From contig CAVPIB010000001.1 of assembly GCA_963704885.1 (NCBI GenBank), positions 800,001 to 864,000 of the forward strand: DNA of 64,000 nucleotides, read 5' to 3'. The number at the start of each line of letters is the position of its first letter. Within the stretch, counting starts at the first letter, position 1. Shown piece by piece: positions 1 to 10,869 of the stretch. The translations under genes and the position numbers were made by a program. The stretch is from an uncultured Actinomycetes bacterium. GTDB taxonomy: Bacteria; Actinomycetota; UBA4738; HRBIN12. The notes under the pieces are model-generated. The model was not told the origin of the DNA and searched no databases. It saw only the letters and a list, made by a program, of their open reading frames with translations.

Positions 1-50
1 GGGAGAAGCGCTTCATGAAGATCATCTCGCTCGCCCCGGAGGTGCTGTAG
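1..50 (+). CDS. rplN: 50S ribosomal protein uL14, 3' end (partial)
   Basis: Frame 3 reads EKRFMKIISLAPEVL*, the conserved L14 C-terminus, directly before rplX. Confidence 0.95.
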   Translation, partial: EKRFMKIISLAPEVL

Positions 51-386
51 ATGCCCGGCGTCGACATCAAGAAGGACGACCTGGTGAAGGTGCTGCAGGG
101 CAAGGACCGCGGGAAGGAAGGTCGCGTCGTGCGGGTGCTGCCGCGAGAGGGCAGGGTCATGGTCGACGGCGTGGCGCTCGCGAAGAAGCATCAGCGCTCG
201 GCGGGGAAGCGCTCCACCGGTGGTCAGCAACTCCAACAGGGAGGCATCATCGACGCGGAGATGTTCATCGATATCTCGAACGTCCAGGTCGTGTGCAAGA
301 GCTGCGGCAAGCCCACCCGCGTCGGGCACCGCATCGAGGACGACGTGAAGGTGCGGATCTGTCGTCGATGTGAGGCGGAGCTATGA
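51..386 (+). CDS. rplX: 50S ribosomal protein uL24
   Basis: KOW motif [21 protein letters not shown]; spc operon position. Confidence 0.97.
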   Translation: MPGVDIKKDDLVKVLQGKDRGKEGRVVRVLPREGRVMVDGVALAKKHQRSAGKRSTGGQQLQQGGIIDAEMFIDISNVQVVCKSCGKPTRVGHRIEDDVKVRICRRCEAEL

Positions 387-961
387 CGGACGTAGGGATG
401 CCCCGTATGAAGCAGCGGTTCCGCGAGGAGCTGATCCCGCGACTCAAGGACGAACTGGGCCTAGTCAACGTGATGCAGGTGCCGCGCCTGGAGAAGGTCG
501 TGATCAACATGGGGATCGGCGATGCGGTCAAGGACGGTCGTATGCTGGATGCCGCGTTGGCGGACCTGGAGGTCATCAGCGGTCAGAAGCCGGTGGTGAC
601 CAAGGCCCGCAAGTCGATCGCGGGGTTCAAGCTCCGAGAGGGCATGTCGATCGGCGCGAAGGTCACCCTTCGGGGCGACCGGATGTGGGAGTTCCTAGAT
701 CGGCTGGTCACGTTGGCCCTGCCCAGGATCCGCGACTTCAGGGGGCTCGCGCCCAGCGCGTTCGATGGACATGGCAACTACACGATGGGTGTGACCGAGC
801 AGCTGATCTTTCCGGAGATCGACTACGACAAGGTGCTGAAGGTCAGCGGCATGGATATCACCGTGGTGACCACAGCGAAGACCGACGACGAGGGGCGAGC
901 GCTCCTGGTGGCGTTGGGGTTCCCGTTCATCGGGGCCACGGCCGTCGCCCGGGCGAGCTAG
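383..961 (+). CDS. rplE: 50S ribosomal protein uL5
   Basis: [36 protein letters not shown] motifs. Confidence 0.98.
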   Translation: MTDVGMPRMKQRFREELIPRLKDELGLVNVMQVPRLEKVVINMGIGDAVKDGRMLDAALADLEVISGQKPVVTKARKSIAGFKLREGMSIGAKVTLRGDRMWEFLDRLVTLALPRIRDFRGLAPSAFDGHGNYTMGVTEQLIFPEIDYDKVLKVSGMDITVVTTAKTDDEGRALLVALGFPFIGATAVARAS

Positions 962-972
962 AGGATCGAGAG

Positions 973-1158
973 ATGGCGAAGAAGGCTCTGATCAACAAGC
1001 AACAGAGGCAGCCGAAGTATCGGGTGCGTGCATACACGCGGTGCCGCCGATGTGGCCGGCCGCGCGCCGTGTACAAGAAGCTGCTGCTCTGCCGGATCTG
1101 TTTCCGTCAGCTGGCGCACGCGGGCGAGCTTCCGGGGGTGACCAAGGCGTCATGGTGA
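973..1158 (+). CDS. rpsZ: 30S ribosomal protein uS14, type Z (zinc-binding, 61 aa)
   Basis: MAKKAL...[12 protein letters not shown]...CRICFR...[11 protein letters not shown]; ATG at 973 within ORF 370..1158. Confidence 0.96.
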   Translation: MAKKALINKQQRQPKYRVRAYTRCRRCGRPRAVYKKLLLCRICFRQLAHAGELPGVTKASW

Positions 1159-1604
1159 GCACCGATCAGGTCAAGAGCACGAAGAGCCGCAAGCGCAAGT
1201 TCTCCTCGAACATCTCCGACCCCGTAGCGGACCTGTTGACGCGGATCCGCAACGCGAACCTGGCCTTCAAGGACGACCTGGTGGCTCCGGTCTCCAAGCT
1301 CTCAGAGGCAGTGCTGCGGATCCTCGAGCAAGAGGGGTACATCGGGGGCTTCGCCCGCGAGGGCGAGGGTGTCCAGGAGGCGTTCCGGATCCGACTGAAG
1401 TACAGCAAGTCGCGCCAGCGGACGATCTCGGGGATCAAGCGCGTGTCCACTCCCGGTCGGCGCGTCTATGCGGGCAGGGGCAAACTGCCGCGCGTGCTGG
1501 GCGGCCTCGGTGTCGCGATCATCTCCACATCGCAAGGCGTGATGACCGACAAGGACGCTTCCAAGAAGGGGATCGGCGGGGAAGTCCTCGCCTTCGTGTG
1601 GTGA
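1155..1604 (+). CDS. rpsH: 30S ribosomal protein uS8 with basic N-terminal extension
   Basis: [43 protein letters not shown]; start is GTG 1155 (GTGA overlap) or ATG 1152. Confidence 0.95.
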   Translation: MSTDQVKSTKSRKRKFSSNISDPVADLLTRIRNANLAFKDDLVAPVSKLSEAVLRILEQEGYIGGFAREGEGVQEAFRIRLKYSKSRQRTISGIKRVSTPGRRVYAGRGKLPRVLGGLGVAIISTSQGVMTDKDASKKGIGGEVLAFVW

Positions 1605-1611
1605 TCATGGC

Positions 1612-2163
1612 ATGAGTCGGATCGGAAGACAGCCCGTCGAGGTCCCGAGCGGTGTCGAGATCGACATCGCCGAGGGCAACGTCGTCACGGTTAAGGGCCC
1701 GCGAGGCTCGTTGACCCAGACGATGCATGCCGATATGCGCGTCGTCGTGGAAGGAGATTCGCTCTCGGTCGAGCGCCCCGACGACCAGGGGTTCCATCGG
1801 AGCCTCCATGGGCTCACCCGATCGCTCTTGGCCAACATGGTCGAAGGCGTCACGAAGGGGTACGAGAAGCGGCTCCAGATCGTCGGCGTGGGATACCGCG
1901 CTGCGATGAAAGGCAGCGACATCGAGATCGCCGCCGGCTTCTCGCATCCCGTCGCCGTGGTCCAGCCGCAGGGGATCGAGTTCGAGGTCCCCACGCCGAC
2001 CCAGATCGTGGTGCGCGGCAACGACAAGCAGCAGGTGGGCGAGGTCGCCGCGAACATCCGGAAGATCCGCAAACCCGAGCCCTACAAGGGAAAGGGCATC
2101 CGGTACGAGGGAGAGTACGTCCGCAAGAAGGCCGGGAAGGCCGCGAAGACGGGTGCTGTCTGA
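1612..2163 (+). CDS. rplF: 50S ribosomal protein uL6
   Basis: [28 protein letters not shown]. Confidence 0.98.
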   Translation: MSRIGRQPVEVPSGVEIDIAEGNVVTVKGPRGSLTQTMHADMRVVVEGDSLSVERPDDQGFHRSLHGLTRSLLANMVEGVTKGYEKRLQIVGVGYRAAMKGSDIEIAAGFSHPVAVVQPQGIEFEVPTPTQIVVRGNDKQQVGEVAANIRKIRKPEPYKGKGIRYEGEYVRKKAGKAAKTGAV

Positions 2164-2510
2164 TGGATGCGAAGACGAAGCGTGGAGCCCGTGTCCGCCG
2201 CCACACGCGAGTGCGGAAGAAGATCTCAGGAGACGCTGGACGGCCGCGCTTGGCCGTCTATCGATCCAACAGGCATATCTACGCGCAGTTGATCGACGAC
2301 CGGAAGGCGACCACGATCGCGCAGGCCTCCGATCGCGAGGTCTCGGGCGAGGGAAAGACGGCCCGTGCGAAGGCGGTCGGCGAGCTGATCGCCCAACGCG
2401 CCAAGAACGCCGGGATCGAGCACGTGGTGTTCGACCGCGGCGGCCGCCAGTATCACGGCCGCGTCGCGGCGCTCGCCGAGGGCGCTCGAGAGGGAGGACT
2501 CCAGATCTGA
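2163..2510 (+). CDS. rplR: 50S ribosomal protein uL18
   Basis: [32 protein letters not shown]. Confidence 0.97.
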   Translation: MDAKTKRGARVRRHTRVRKKISGDAGRPRLAVYRSNRHIYAQLIDDRKATTIAQASDREVSGEGKTARAKAVGELIAQRAKNAGIEHVVFDRGGRQYHGRVAALAEGAREGGLQI

Positions 2511-2511
2511 C

Positions 2512-3144
2512 ATGAGGCGATACGACGCGAGTTCTCAAGACAAGAGCCCGTTCGAAGAGCGGGTCATCTCGATCAACCGTGTGGCGAAGGTCGTCAAGGG
2601 CGGCCGGCGGTTCTCGTTCGCCGCGCTCGTGGTCGTGGGCGATGGCGCGGGGCGCGTCGGCGTGGGCTACGGCAAGGCCAAGGAGGTGCCTGCGGCGATC
2701 GCCAAGGGCGTCGAGGAGGGCCGCCGCAAGATGTTCGAGGTACCCATGATGGGCACGACGATCCCGCATGCGGTGATCGGCCAGGCAGGGGCGGGCCGTG
2801 TCCTGCTCAAGCCGGCTGCGCCGGGGACCGGCGTGATCGCCGGCGGGGCCGTCCGTGCACTGGTCGAGTGCGCCGGGATCAAAGACGTGCTCTCCAAGTC
2901 GCTCGGCTCCTCGAACCAGATCAACATCGTGAAGGCCGCCGTGCAGGGGTTGCAGTCCCTGAGGCGCCCGGCCGACGTCGCCAAGCTCCGCGGCCGCGAC
3001 GTGGTCGAGATCGCGCCCAAGCCCATGCTCGAGGCCGTTGCGGCTGCGGAAGCGCGGCTGCAGGCGGCACGGACGGCCGCGCTCGAAGAGGTCTACAGCG
3101 ACGAACCCAGGGCTCCGTCCGGGCCGCGCGGAGGTCGTAGATGA
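2512..3144 (+). CDS. rpsE: 30S ribosomal protein uS5
   Basis: [28 protein letters not shown]. Confidence 0.98.
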   Translation: MRRYDASSQDKSPFEERVISINRVAKVVKGGRRFSFAALVVVGDGAGRVGVGYGKAKEVPAAIAKGVEEGRRKMFEVPMMGTTIPHAVIGQAGAGRVLLKPAAPGTGVIAGGAVRALVECAGIKDVLSKSLGSSNQINIVKAAVQGLQSLRRPADVAKLRGRDVVEIAPKPMLEAVAAAEARLQAARTAALEEVYSDEPRAPSGPRGGRR

Positions 3145-3326
3145 CCAAGCTCAAGGTCACCCAGCGACGGAGCGCGATCGATCGCCCGCAGGATCAGAAG
3201 GACACGATCCGTCGGCTCGGGCTGCATCGGATCAACGATTCGGCCGTCAAGGAAGACCGGCCGGACATCCGGGGCATGATCGCCAAGGTCCGTCACCTGG
3301 TCGATGTCGAGGAGGTGGAGGGATGA
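3141..3326 (+). CDS. rpmD: 50S ribosomal protein uL30
   Basis: [10 protein letters not shown]...LGLHRIN...[12 protein letters not shown]. Confidence 0.96.
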   Translation: MTKLKVTQRRSAIDRPQDQKDTIRRLGLHRINDSAVKEDRPDIRGMIAKVRHLVDVEEVEG

Positions 3327-3760
3327 AGCTCCACCACCTGAAACCCGCCCAGGGCGCTACGAAGGATCGCAAGCGTGTCGGTCGCGGGCGAGCGGGTGTC
3401 CGTGGCAAGACGGCCGGTCGAGGCACGAAGGGCACGGGCGCGAGGAAGAACGTGCCCGCCGGGTTCGAGGGCGGGCAGATGCCGCTGCAGCGGCGGGTCC
3501 CCAAGCTCAAGGGCTTCACGAACCCGAACCGGGTCGAGTTCGCGGTCGTGAACGTCGAGCTGCTCGCCAAGCACTACACCGACGGCGAGGTCACGCCCGA
3601 CGACCTCTACCAGCACGGATTGGTCCGCAAGGGCCGGCCCGTGAAGGTATTGGCGCGCGGAGAGATCGACCACGCCCTCGTGGTGAAGGCGCACGCCTTC
3701 TCCGACGCCGCCAGAGCCAAGATCGAGTCGGCCGGCGGCCGGGCCGAGGTTCTCGGCTAG
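3323..3760 (+). CDS. rplO: 50S ribosomal protein uL15
   Basis: [29 protein letters not shown]; ATG 3323 overlaps the rpmD stop. Confidence 0.97.
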   Translation: MKLHHLKPAQGATKDRKRVGRGRAGVRGKTAGRGTKGTGARKNVPAGFEGGQMPLQRRVPKLKGFTNPNRVEFAVVNVELLAKHYTDGEVTPDDLYQHGLVRKGRPVKVLARGEIDHALVVKAHAFSDAARAKIESAGGRAEVLG

Positions 3761-3781
3761 GCCGGGGTACGATAGACCACC

Positions 3782-5065
3782 GTGCTCAAGGCCTTCCTTA
3801 ACGCGTTCCGGGTTCCGGACCTCCGGAACAAGATCCTCTTCACGCTGCTCGTCGTGGCGATATACCGGTTCGGCTCGCACGTGCCGGTGCCCGTCGTGGA
3901 CCTCGGCTCGCTACAGCGGCAACTCGAGGCTCAAGGCCAGACCGGCTTCCTGGCGTTCATAAACCTGTTCTCGGGTGGTGCGCTCGGCCGCATGGCGGTG
4001 TTCGGGCTCGGGATCATGCCGTACATCACCAGCTCAATCATCATGCAGCTCCTCACCGTGGTGATCCCAAAGCTCCAGCAGTGGCGGGATGAGGGCGAGG
4101 GGGGCACGAAGAAGATCAACCAGTGGACCCGCTACGTGACGGTCGTCCTGGCGCTCCTGCAGTCGACCGGCCTGGTGTTCCTGTTCCACAATCAGACGAC
4201 GAGCGGGGTCGACATCTTCCCCGAGGGGACCTTCACCCCCCCGAACCTGGCGCTGATCATCCTCACGTTCACCGCCGGGACAGCCATGGTGATGTGGCTC
4301 GGCGAGCTGATCACCCAGCGCGGCGTGGGCAACGGCATGTCGATCCTGATCTTCACCAGCGTGATATCGACCCTCCCCTCAGAGGGTAACGCGATCTTGC
4401 TGCAGGGAGGGACGGGCAAGTTCATCGCGATCATGTTCATCGGCCTGGCCATCATCGTGGCCGTCGTGTTCATCGACCAGGGTCAGAGGCGGATCCCCAT
4501 CCAGTACGCCAAGCGTGTGGTCGGGCGACGGATGACATCGGGTGGTAGCACGTACCTACCCCTGAAGGTGAACCAGGCCGGCGTGATCCCGATCATCTTC
4601 GCGACCTCGGTCCTGTACTTCCCAACGCTGCTGGCGAGCGTGTACCACGCCTCCTGGTTCCAGAACTTCGTGAACGACTCCGTTAACAACCAACGGAGCC
4701 TCGTCTACATGGTCATGCTCACGCTGCTCATCATCTTCTTCGCGTACTTCTACACCGCGATCCAGTTCGATCCCGTGCGCACCGCCGATCAGATCCGCAA
4801 GCAGGGCGGCTTCATCCCTGGGATCCGGCCGGGCCCGCCAACCGCCAACTTCTTGAACTACGTGTTGGTCCGCATCACGCTGCCGGGCTCGATGTTCCTG
4901 GCAGGCATCGCGCTGCTGCCCTCGATCGTGCTCGCGTACTGGACGCTCAACCAGTTCCCGTTCGGCGGCACGTCGGTGCTGATCGCGGTCGGCGTGGCGC
5001 TTGAGACCATGAAGCAGATCGAGTCGCAGCTGATGATGCGGCACTACGAGGGCTTCTTGAAGTAG
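3782..5065 (+). CDS. secY: Preprotein translocase subunit SecY
   Basis: LGIMPYITSSII, GVGNGMS, GGFIPGIRPG, GGTSVLI; about 10 TM segments. Confidence 0.98.
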   Translation: MLKAFLNAFRVPDLRNKILFTLLVVAIYRFGSHVPVPVVDLGSLQRQLEAQGQTGFLAFINLFSGGALGRMAVFGLGIMPYITSSIIMQLLTVVIPKLQQWRDEGEGGTKKINQWTRYVTVVLALLQSTGLVFLFHNQTTSGVDIFPEGTFTPPNLALIILTFTAGTAMVMWLGELITQRGVGNGMSILIFTSVISTLPSEGNAILLQGGTGKFIAIMFIGLAIIVAVVFIDQGQRRIPIQYAKRVVGRRMTSGGSTYLPLKVNQAGVIPIIFATSVLYFPTLLASVYHASWFQNFVNDSVNNQRSLVYMVMLTLLIIFFAYFYTAIQFDPVRTADQIRKQGGFIPGIRPGPPTANFLNYVLVRITLPGSMFLAGIALLPSIVLAYWTLNQFPFGGTSVLIAVGVALETMKQIESQLMMRHYEGFLK

Positions 5066-5067
5066 CC

Positions 5068-5721
5068 ATGCGGCTCGTGCTCCTCGGCCCTCCGGGCGCT
5101 GGGAAGGGAACGCAGGCGACACAGCTTGCCGAGCGCTTCGGCATCCCTCAGATCTCCACCGGAGACATCCTGCGTGAGCACGTCCAGGAGAACACGATGC
5201 TGGGCGTCAAGGCGCGGACCTTCATGGACCGAGGGGAGTACGTCCCCGACGAGGTCGTGGTCGAGATGGTGATGGATCGGCTCGCCGAGGCCGACGCCGA
5301 GAAGGGCTTCATCCTGGACGGGTTCCCTCGAACGGTGCCGCAGGCCGCGGCTCTGGAGTCCTCGCTGGCGGCTGCGGGCCGGCCGTTGTCGGCGGTCCTC
5401 AAGTTCGCGATCGCCGACGAGATGGCCGTGCGGCGCCTCACCGCTCGATGGACGTGCCCCAACTGCAAACGTACGTACAACCTGGAGTTCAAACCCCCTG
5501 CCCAGGAAGGGCTCTGCGACTTCTGCGGCCACGAGCTGGAGCGGCGTGCGGACGACGACGAGCTCACGGTCCGTCGCCGGATCGAGGTGTACCGCGAGCA
5601 GACCGCCCCGCTCGAGCGCTTCTACCTCGACCGGGGGCTTCTCCGTGAGGTGGACGCGCAAGCACGTGAGGCCGATGTTACCGAGCGAACGATCCACGAG
5701 CTCGAGGGGATCGACCGGTGA
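5068..5721 (+). CDS. adk: Adenylate kinase (zinc-binding LID)
   Basis: GPPGAGKGTQ P-loop, LDGFPRT, CPNC...CDFC LID. Confidence 0.97.
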   Translation: MRLVLLGPPGAGKGTQATQLAERFGIPQISTGDILREHVQENTMLGVKARTFMDRGEYVPDEVVVEMVMDRLAEADAEKGFILDGFPRTVPQAAALESSLAAAGRPLSAVLKFAIADEMAVRRLTARWTCPNCKRTYNLEFKPPAQEGLCDFCGHELERRADDDELTVRRRIEVYREQTAPLERFYLDRGLLREVDAQAREADVTERTIHELEGIDR

Positions 5722-5728
5722 GCCGGTC

Positions 5729-6508
5729 ATGATCATCTACAAGTCGCCCGACGAGATCGCGAAGATGCGTCGCGCGGGACGGATCACGGCGGGTGCTATC
5801 CAGGCGATGCTCGATGCGGTCACTCCGGGCATCACCACGTACGACCTCGACCAGATCGCGGAGCGTCACATCCGATCCCATGGCGCGACTCCGTCGTTCC
5901 TGGGATACGGGGGATCCCGGGGCGTAACACCGTTCGCCGGAACGATCTGCGCTTCGATCAACGAGGAGATCGTCCACGGGATCCCTTCTCCGAAGAGGGT
6001 GCTTGATACGGGAGATGTGTTGTCGCTCGACTGTGGTGCCATCTGGGATGGGTTCCAGGGCGATTCGGCCGTCACCGTGATCGTCGGCGGTGAACCTCCT
6101 TCGCAGGAGGCGGAGAAGCTACTCCGGGTGACCGAGGACGCGCTCGATGCTGCGATCGCCGTGATCAGGCCGGGGGGCCGACTCTCAGACATCGGGGCTG
6201 CCATCCAGCAGGTGGCCGAGGGGGCTGGCTTCACGTTGGTGCGTGAGTACGGCGGACATGGGATCGGACGCGCCATGCATGAAGACCCATTCATCCAGAA
6301 CTTCGGCTCACCCGGTCGGGGTCCCGAGCTGAGGCCCGGGCTGGTGGTAGCCGTCGAGCCCATGGTCATGCTGGGGAGCCATGAGACACGTGTACTTGCC
6401 GACGAGTGGACCGTGGTCACGGCGGATGGCTCGCTCGCCGCACATTTCGAGCACACGATCGCGGTCACGGACTCAGGACACGAGATCCTGACGGCTAGGA
6501 CCAGCTAG
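5729..6508 (+). CDS. map: Methionine aminopeptidase type I
   Basis: ICASINEEIVHGIP, GHGIGRAMHEDP, AVEPMV, AAHFEHTI; ATG 5729. Confidence 0.97.
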   Translation: MIIYKSPDEIAKMRRAGRITAGAIQAMLDAVTPGITTYDLDQIAERHIRSHGATPSFLGYGGSRGVTPFAGTICASINEEIVHGIPSPKRVLDTGDVLSLDCGAIWDGFQGDSAVTVIVGGEPPSQEAEKLLRVTEDALDAAIAVIRPGGRLSDIGAAIQQVAEGAGFTLVREYGGHGIGRAMHEDPFIQNFGSPGRGPELRPGLVVAVEPMVMLGSHETRVLADEWTVVTADGSLAAHFEHTIAVTDSGHEILTARTS

Positions 6509-6513
6509 CTCAT

Positions 6514-6597
6514 TGGACGTACCGACTGACCTGCCCGTATACTGACCCTTCGCCCCGCCCGGAGGCGGGTTTCGGCTGGTCCGTGGGCCGGGGCGAG
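6514..6597 (+). promoter_or_regulatory. sigma-A-type promoter and structured leader of the infA-rpmJ-rpsM-rpsK operon
   Basis: TGGACG(6514)-N18-TATACT(6538); TCGCCCCG(6550-57) can pair with CGGGGCGA(6589-96). Confidence 0.55.
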
Positions 6598-6625
6598 ACC
6601 CAGGACAGACGGGAACACCTGGAGC

Positions 6626-6844
6626 GTGCCGAAGAAAGATGCGATCGAGGTCGAGGGAACGGTCGTCGAGCCGTTGCCCAACGCCATGTTCCGGGTCAAG
6701 TTGGAGAACGATCACGTCGTGTTGGCCCACATCTCTGGCAAGATGCGGATGCACTACATCCGGATCTTGCCCGGGGACCGGGTCTTGGTGGAACTGTCGC
6801 CGTACGACCTCTCACGGGGTCGCGTGGTGTACCGGTACAAGTAG
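6626..6844 (+). CDS. infA: Translation initiation factor IF-1
   Basis: [34 protein letters not shown]. Confidence 0.98.
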   Translation: MPKKDAIEVEGTVVEPLPNAMFRVKLENDHVVLAHISGKMRMHYIRILPGDRVLVELSPYDLSRGRVVYRYK

Positions 6845-6851
6845 GAGCGAG

Positions 6852-6965
6852 ATGAAGGTCCGACCCTCGGTGAAGAAGATGTGCGACAGGTGCCGCGTCA
6901 TCCGTCGCCGTGGTCGGATCCTCGTGATCTGCACGAACCCGCGGCATAAGCAGCGACAGGGCTAG
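6852..6965 (+). CDS. rpmJ: 50S ribosomal protein bL36 (37 aa, zinc type)
   Basis: [37 protein letters not shown]; SD AGGAG upstream. Confidence 0.97.
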   Translation: MKVRPSVKKMCDRCRVIRRRGRILVICTNPRHKQRQG

Positions 6966-6977
6966 GAGGCGCAACGA

Positions 6978-7361
6978 GTGGCACGGATCGCAGGGGTCGA
7001 CCTTCCGCGTGACAAGCGGCTGGACATCGCGCTTCGCTACATCTACGGCGTCGGCGAGACCAGCGCCCACAAGATCGTCGAGGGCTCCGGCGTAGAAGGT
7101 GCCACCAAGGTCCGCGATCTCTCCGAGGACGAGGTACTGAAGATCCGCGAGTTCATCGACCGGAACCTGAAGGTCGAGGGTGACCTCCGTCGAGAGGTCG
7201 CACAGGACATCAAGCGAAAGATCGAGATCGGCTGTTACCAGGGCGTCCGTCATCGCAGGGGACTTCCCGTTCGCGGACAGCGCACACACACCAACGCTCG
7301 CACCCGAAAGGGCCCGAAGAAGACGATCGCCGGCAAGAAGAAGGCCGCGAGGAAGAAGTAA
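6978..7361 (+). CDS. rpsM: 30S ribosomal protein uS13
   Basis: [31 protein letters not shown]. Confidence 0.98.
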   Translation: MARIAGVDLPRDKRLDIALRYIYGVGETSAHKIVEGSGVEGATKVRDLSEDEVLKIREFIDRNLKVEGDLRREVAQDIKRKIEIGCYQGVRHRRGLPVRGQRTHTNARTRKGPKKTIAGKKKAARKK

Positions 7362-7365
7362 CGAC

Positions 7366-7758
7366 ATGGCGAAACCGAAGGCGAAGAAGGCCCGCAAGCG
7401 CGAGAAGAAGCACGTCGTGCACGGGCAGGCCCACATCAAGTCCACGTTCAACAACACGATCGTCACGATCACCGACCTGCAGGGCAACACGCTCAGCTGG
7501 GCGAGTGCCGGCAACGTTGGCTTCAAGGGGTCGCGCAAGTCGACCCCGTTCGCCGCGCAGCTCGCGGCCGAGAAGGCCGCCCGTCAGGCCCAGGAGCACG
7601 GCTTGCAGAAGGTCGACGTGTTCGTCAAAGGCCCGGGTTCGGGTCGCGAGACCGCGATCCGCTCGCTCGCCGCGGCCGGTCTCGAAGTGGCGGGCATCCA
7701 AGATGTCACGCCGGTGCCGCACAACGGTTGCCGGCCGCGCAAGCGTCGCCGCGTCTAG
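7366..7758 (+). CDS. rpsK: 30S ribosomal protein uS11
   Basis: [38 protein letters not shown]. Confidence 0.98.
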   Translation: MAKPKAKKARKREKKHVVHGQAHIKSTFNNTIVTITDLQGNTLSWASAGNVGFKGSRKSTPFAAQLAAEKAARQAQEHGLQKVDVFVKGPGSGRETAIRSLAAAGLEVAGIQDVTPVPHNGCRPRKRRRV

Positions 7759-7847
7759 CACGCGGTGGCACCCCGGCGTCGAACGGACGCACGGGACCAT
7801 GAGGGTGGGGTAGCAGTGGATGATCCCCCACCGGAGGAGGAAGCCAG

Positions 7848-8777
7848 TTGTTCATCGTCGCCAGGCCTCAGATCACCGAGGACGTCATCAACCCCACCCG
7901 CTCCAAGTTCACGATCGAACCGCTCGAGCCCGGGTTCGGCTACACGGTCGGGAACTCGCTCCGCCGGACGCTGCTGTCCTCCATCCCAGGCACCGCGATC
8001 TCGTCCGTCCGCATCGACGGCGTGCTCCACGAGTTCTCGACGATCCCCAAGGTCACCGAGGACGTCACCGACATCATCCTGAACCTGAAGGGCCTGGTGG
8101 TTCGTTCCGAGCTTGAAGAGCCGACCACCGTATACCTGAAGACCAAGGGCCCGGGAGCGGTCACGGCCGGAGATGTCGCTCCTCCCGCAGGTGTCGAGAT
8201 CCTGAACCCCGATCTTCACATCGCCTCGCTCGGCAGGGGCGCGTCGCTCGAGATGGAGATGACCGTCGAGCGCGGGGTCGGCTACCGCATGGCCGATAAG
8301 AACAAGAAGCCGCGCGATCCGATCGGCGTGATCCCCGTCGACTCGATCTTCTCGCCGGTGCGGAAGGTCTCGTACTCGGTCGAGAACACGCGAGTCGAGC
8401 AGATGACCGACCGCGATCGGCTGGTCCTCGATGTCGAGACCAACGGGTCGATGACGCCTCGGGAGGCGGTCGCGTCCGCGGGCGGGGCGCTGCTCGAGCT
8501 GGTCAACCTGTTCGCGGAGCTGGCCGAGGCTGCCAGTGTGACGGTCGGACCGGCCGAGGACGAGCAGATGCCCAGCGACTACGCCATCACGATCGAAGAG
8601 TTGAACCTGTCGGTCCGCTCTTACAACTGCTTGAAGCGTGAAGGCATCAACGCGGTGGGCGATCTGGTGGAGAAGTCGGAGTCCGAGCTGATGGACATCC
8701 GCAACTTCGGTCAGAAGTCGATCGATGAGGTCAAGGCCAAGCTCGAAGAGCTTGGCCTTGGTCTGCGGGAGGAGTAG
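7848..8777 (+). CDS. rpoA: RNA polymerase alpha subunit
   Basis: [47 protein letters not shown]; TTG start after GGAGGAGG. Confidence 0.98.
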   Translation: MFIVARPQITEDVINPTRSKFTIEPLEPGFGYTVGNSLRRTLLSSIPGTAISSVRIDGVLHEFSTIPKVTEDVTDIILNLKGLVVRSELEEPTTVYLKTKGPGAVTAGDVAPPAGVEILNPDLHIASLGRGASLEMEMTVERGVGYRMADKNKKPRDPIGVIPVDSIFSPVRKVSYSVENTRVEQMTDRDRLVLDVETNGSMTPREAVASAGGALLELVNLFAELAEAASVTVGPAEDEQMPSDYAITIEELNLSVRSYNCLKREGINAVGDLVEKSESELMDIRNFGQKSIDEVKAKLEELGLGLREE

Positions 8778-8781
8778 ACGG

Positions 8782-9144
8782 GTGCCGAGGCCCAAGAGGG
8801 GAGCACGTCTGGGTTCCAACCCCGGTCACCAGAAGCTCCTGCTATCGACGCTCGCGTCTCAGCTGTTCGTGCACGAGGCGATCAACACCACCGAGGCGAA
8901 GGCCAAGATGCTCCGCCCGTACGCCGAGAAGCTCATCACGTCGGCGCGGCGCGGCGATCTGGCCGCGCGTCGTCAGGTGCTGAAGGACATCCCCGATCGC
9001 GACGTGGTTGCACGGCTGTTCCACGAGATCGCGCCCCGCTTCGAGGGACGGCCTGGTGGCTACACGCGGATCATGAAGCTCGGGCCGCGCAAGGGCGATG
9101 GGGCCGCGATGGCTCGGATCGAGCTTGTGGAACGCGAGGGCTGA
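8782..9144 (+). CDS. rplQ: 50S ribosomal protein bL17
   Basis: [36 protein letters not shown]; GTG 8782. Confidence 0.96.
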   Translation: MPRPKRGARLGSNPGHQKLLLSTLASQLFVHEAINTTEAKAKMLRPYAEKLITSARRGDLAARRQVLKDIPDRDVVARLFHEIAPRFEGRPGGYTRIMKLGPRKGDGAAMARIELVEREG

Positions 9145-9176
9145 GGCCCGCCCGTTCGAGCATCCATACTTCGTTC

Positions 9177-9933
9177 GTGCGGGTCGTTCGACTTACTTTG
9201 GCTTATGACGGGACCGCGTTTCGGGGGTGGGCTCGGCAGGGCGACCCTGATGTGAGGACCGTCGAACGGGTCGTTTCCGACGTGCTGGCGAAGGTCCTAC
9301 GCGAGGACGTGCGCATCTCGGTGGCGGGACGGACCGACGCCGGAGTGCATGCTCGGGGACAGGTGGTCTCGTTCGAGACCTCCAGCGTGCTTGCCCCGGA
9401 GCGGATCCGGCGGGCGCTGACGAGCATGCTCGGACCCGAGGTTGTGGCGGTCGATGCGCGGGTCGCCCCGGCGGGGTTCGACGCCCGGTTCTCGGCGTCG
9501 GCCCGGGTCTATCGGTACGTGATCGACACGGCGGAGGTGCCTGATCCTTTCACGGCCGCGTACGTGTGGAACAAACCGGGGGAGCTCTCGCTCGGGGCCA
9601 TGCGCGCGGGTGCTCTCCGCATGTTGGGGGAGCACGACTTCGCGTCGTTCTGCCGGCGTCCGGCAGCGGGGAAGTCCACGGTTCGCGATCTGCAGCTGCT
9701 GGCTATCAGCGCGGCGAGGTGATCGCCTGGAGTTCGTCGTTCGCGCGAACGCGTTCTTGCACCAGATGGTGCGGACGCTCGTGGGAACGCTGGTCGCGGT
9801 CGGCGACGGACGCATGAGGCCGTCCGACGTGGCGGCCATCCTTCGAGCACGAGACCGGGGGCAGGCTACCGAGCCGGCGCCTGCGAAGGGGCTAACGCTC
9901 GAGCGTGTCGTATACGGGCGGAGGGCGGGATGA
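9177..9933 (+). pseudogene. truA: tRNA pseudouridine(38-40) synthase TruA, split by a +1 frameshift near 9711 (probably a sequencing error)
   Basis: LAYDGTAFRGW, AGRTDAGVHARGQV, FDARFSA, GEHDFASF in ORF 9177..9722; ANAFLHQMVR and APAKGLTL continue in the next frame to 9933. Confidence 0.9.
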
Positions 9934-10838
9934 CCGAGTGGGAGCCGAGCGATCCGCAGGTCCTCGAGTGGATCCAGGGTGCCGTAGGGCCCGGCGCACG
10001 CGTCGCGCGGACGGAGCGGATGCCGCCGTCGTCGACGGAGAAGCACGCGATCGATGTTCTCAGGCAGGACGGGGGTACCGAGAGGCTGGTCCTTCGCCGG
10101 TACCACGACACCCAGCGCATGGCGTCGGAGCTCTGGTACGACCCGGCGAGCGAGGTCCGCGCCCTCGAGATCCTAGGGACGACGCCGGTCGTGGCCCCGA
10201 AGCTCTTGGCGAAGGATCTCGAAGGGGAGATCTGCGACGTCCCCGCCCTACTGGAGTCCTGGGTGCCCGGTGAACAGGCTTGGGATCCGCCGGATCTCGA
10301 TCGCTACCTGGCCAGAGCAGGGGAGATGCTCGTCGTGATCCACGGCGTAGAGCCTCCTTCCCCCGACGACCTGCCCGTGTACCGCCCGTACTTCGCAGAC
10401 GATCAGATCGAGCACCGGCTGGTCCCTCGGTGGTCGAGGCGGCGGTCGGTTTGGGAGGACGTGTTCGAGCGGATCCACGACCGCTGGCCGGTCACGCCGG
10501 TTCGGTTCATCCATCGCGACTACCACCCTGGCAACGCGCTGTGGGACGGCGAGCGGATCAGTGGGGTGGTGGATCGGGCGACCGCTGCGCGCGGTCCGGC
10601 GGGGATCGACCTCGCCAGGATGCGGCAGAACCTGGCCGCCTGGCACGGGAAGGCGGCTGCCGATCGCTTCACGAGGCGCTACGTGGAGGCGGGTGGCGAT
10701 CCGGCCGCGCGCCACCCGTTCTGGGATCTCCTGGACGCGGCCGATTCGGTGGCGGACACCGACGAACCCGGAGCACCGGGGGAGGGCGATGTCGCGTTGT
10801 TCGAGGACTACGTCGCCGAGGTGCTCGCCGAGCTGTGA
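9930..10838 (+). CDS. Aminoglycoside phosphotransferase (APH/choline kinase) family protein
   Basis: LVLRR, HRDYHPGN Brenner motif, downstream VVD; ATGA-coupled to the truA end. Confidence 0.8.
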   Translation: MTEWEPSDPQVLEWIQGAVGPGARVARTERMPPSSTEKHAIDVLRQDGGTERLVLRRYHDTQRMASELWYDPASEVRALEILGTTPVVAPKLLAKDLEGEICDVPALLESWVPGEQAWDPPDLDRYLARAGEMLVVIHGVEPPSPDDLPVYRPYFADDQIEHRLVPRWSRRRSVWEDVFERIHDRWPVTPVRFIHRDYHPGNALWDGERISGVVDRATAARGPAGIDLARMRQNLAAWHGKAAADRFTRRYVEAGGDPAARHPFWDLLDAADSVADTDEPGAPGEGDVALFEDYVAEVLAEL

Positions 10839-10869
10839 GCGATACCTGGCCCGAGCGCCTTCGGGTCGG

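Noticed and set aside
9930-10838. Bona fide aminoglycoside resistance gene
   Set aside because: Only the generic APH/choline-kinase fold motif is seen; no specific resistance family or mobile context.
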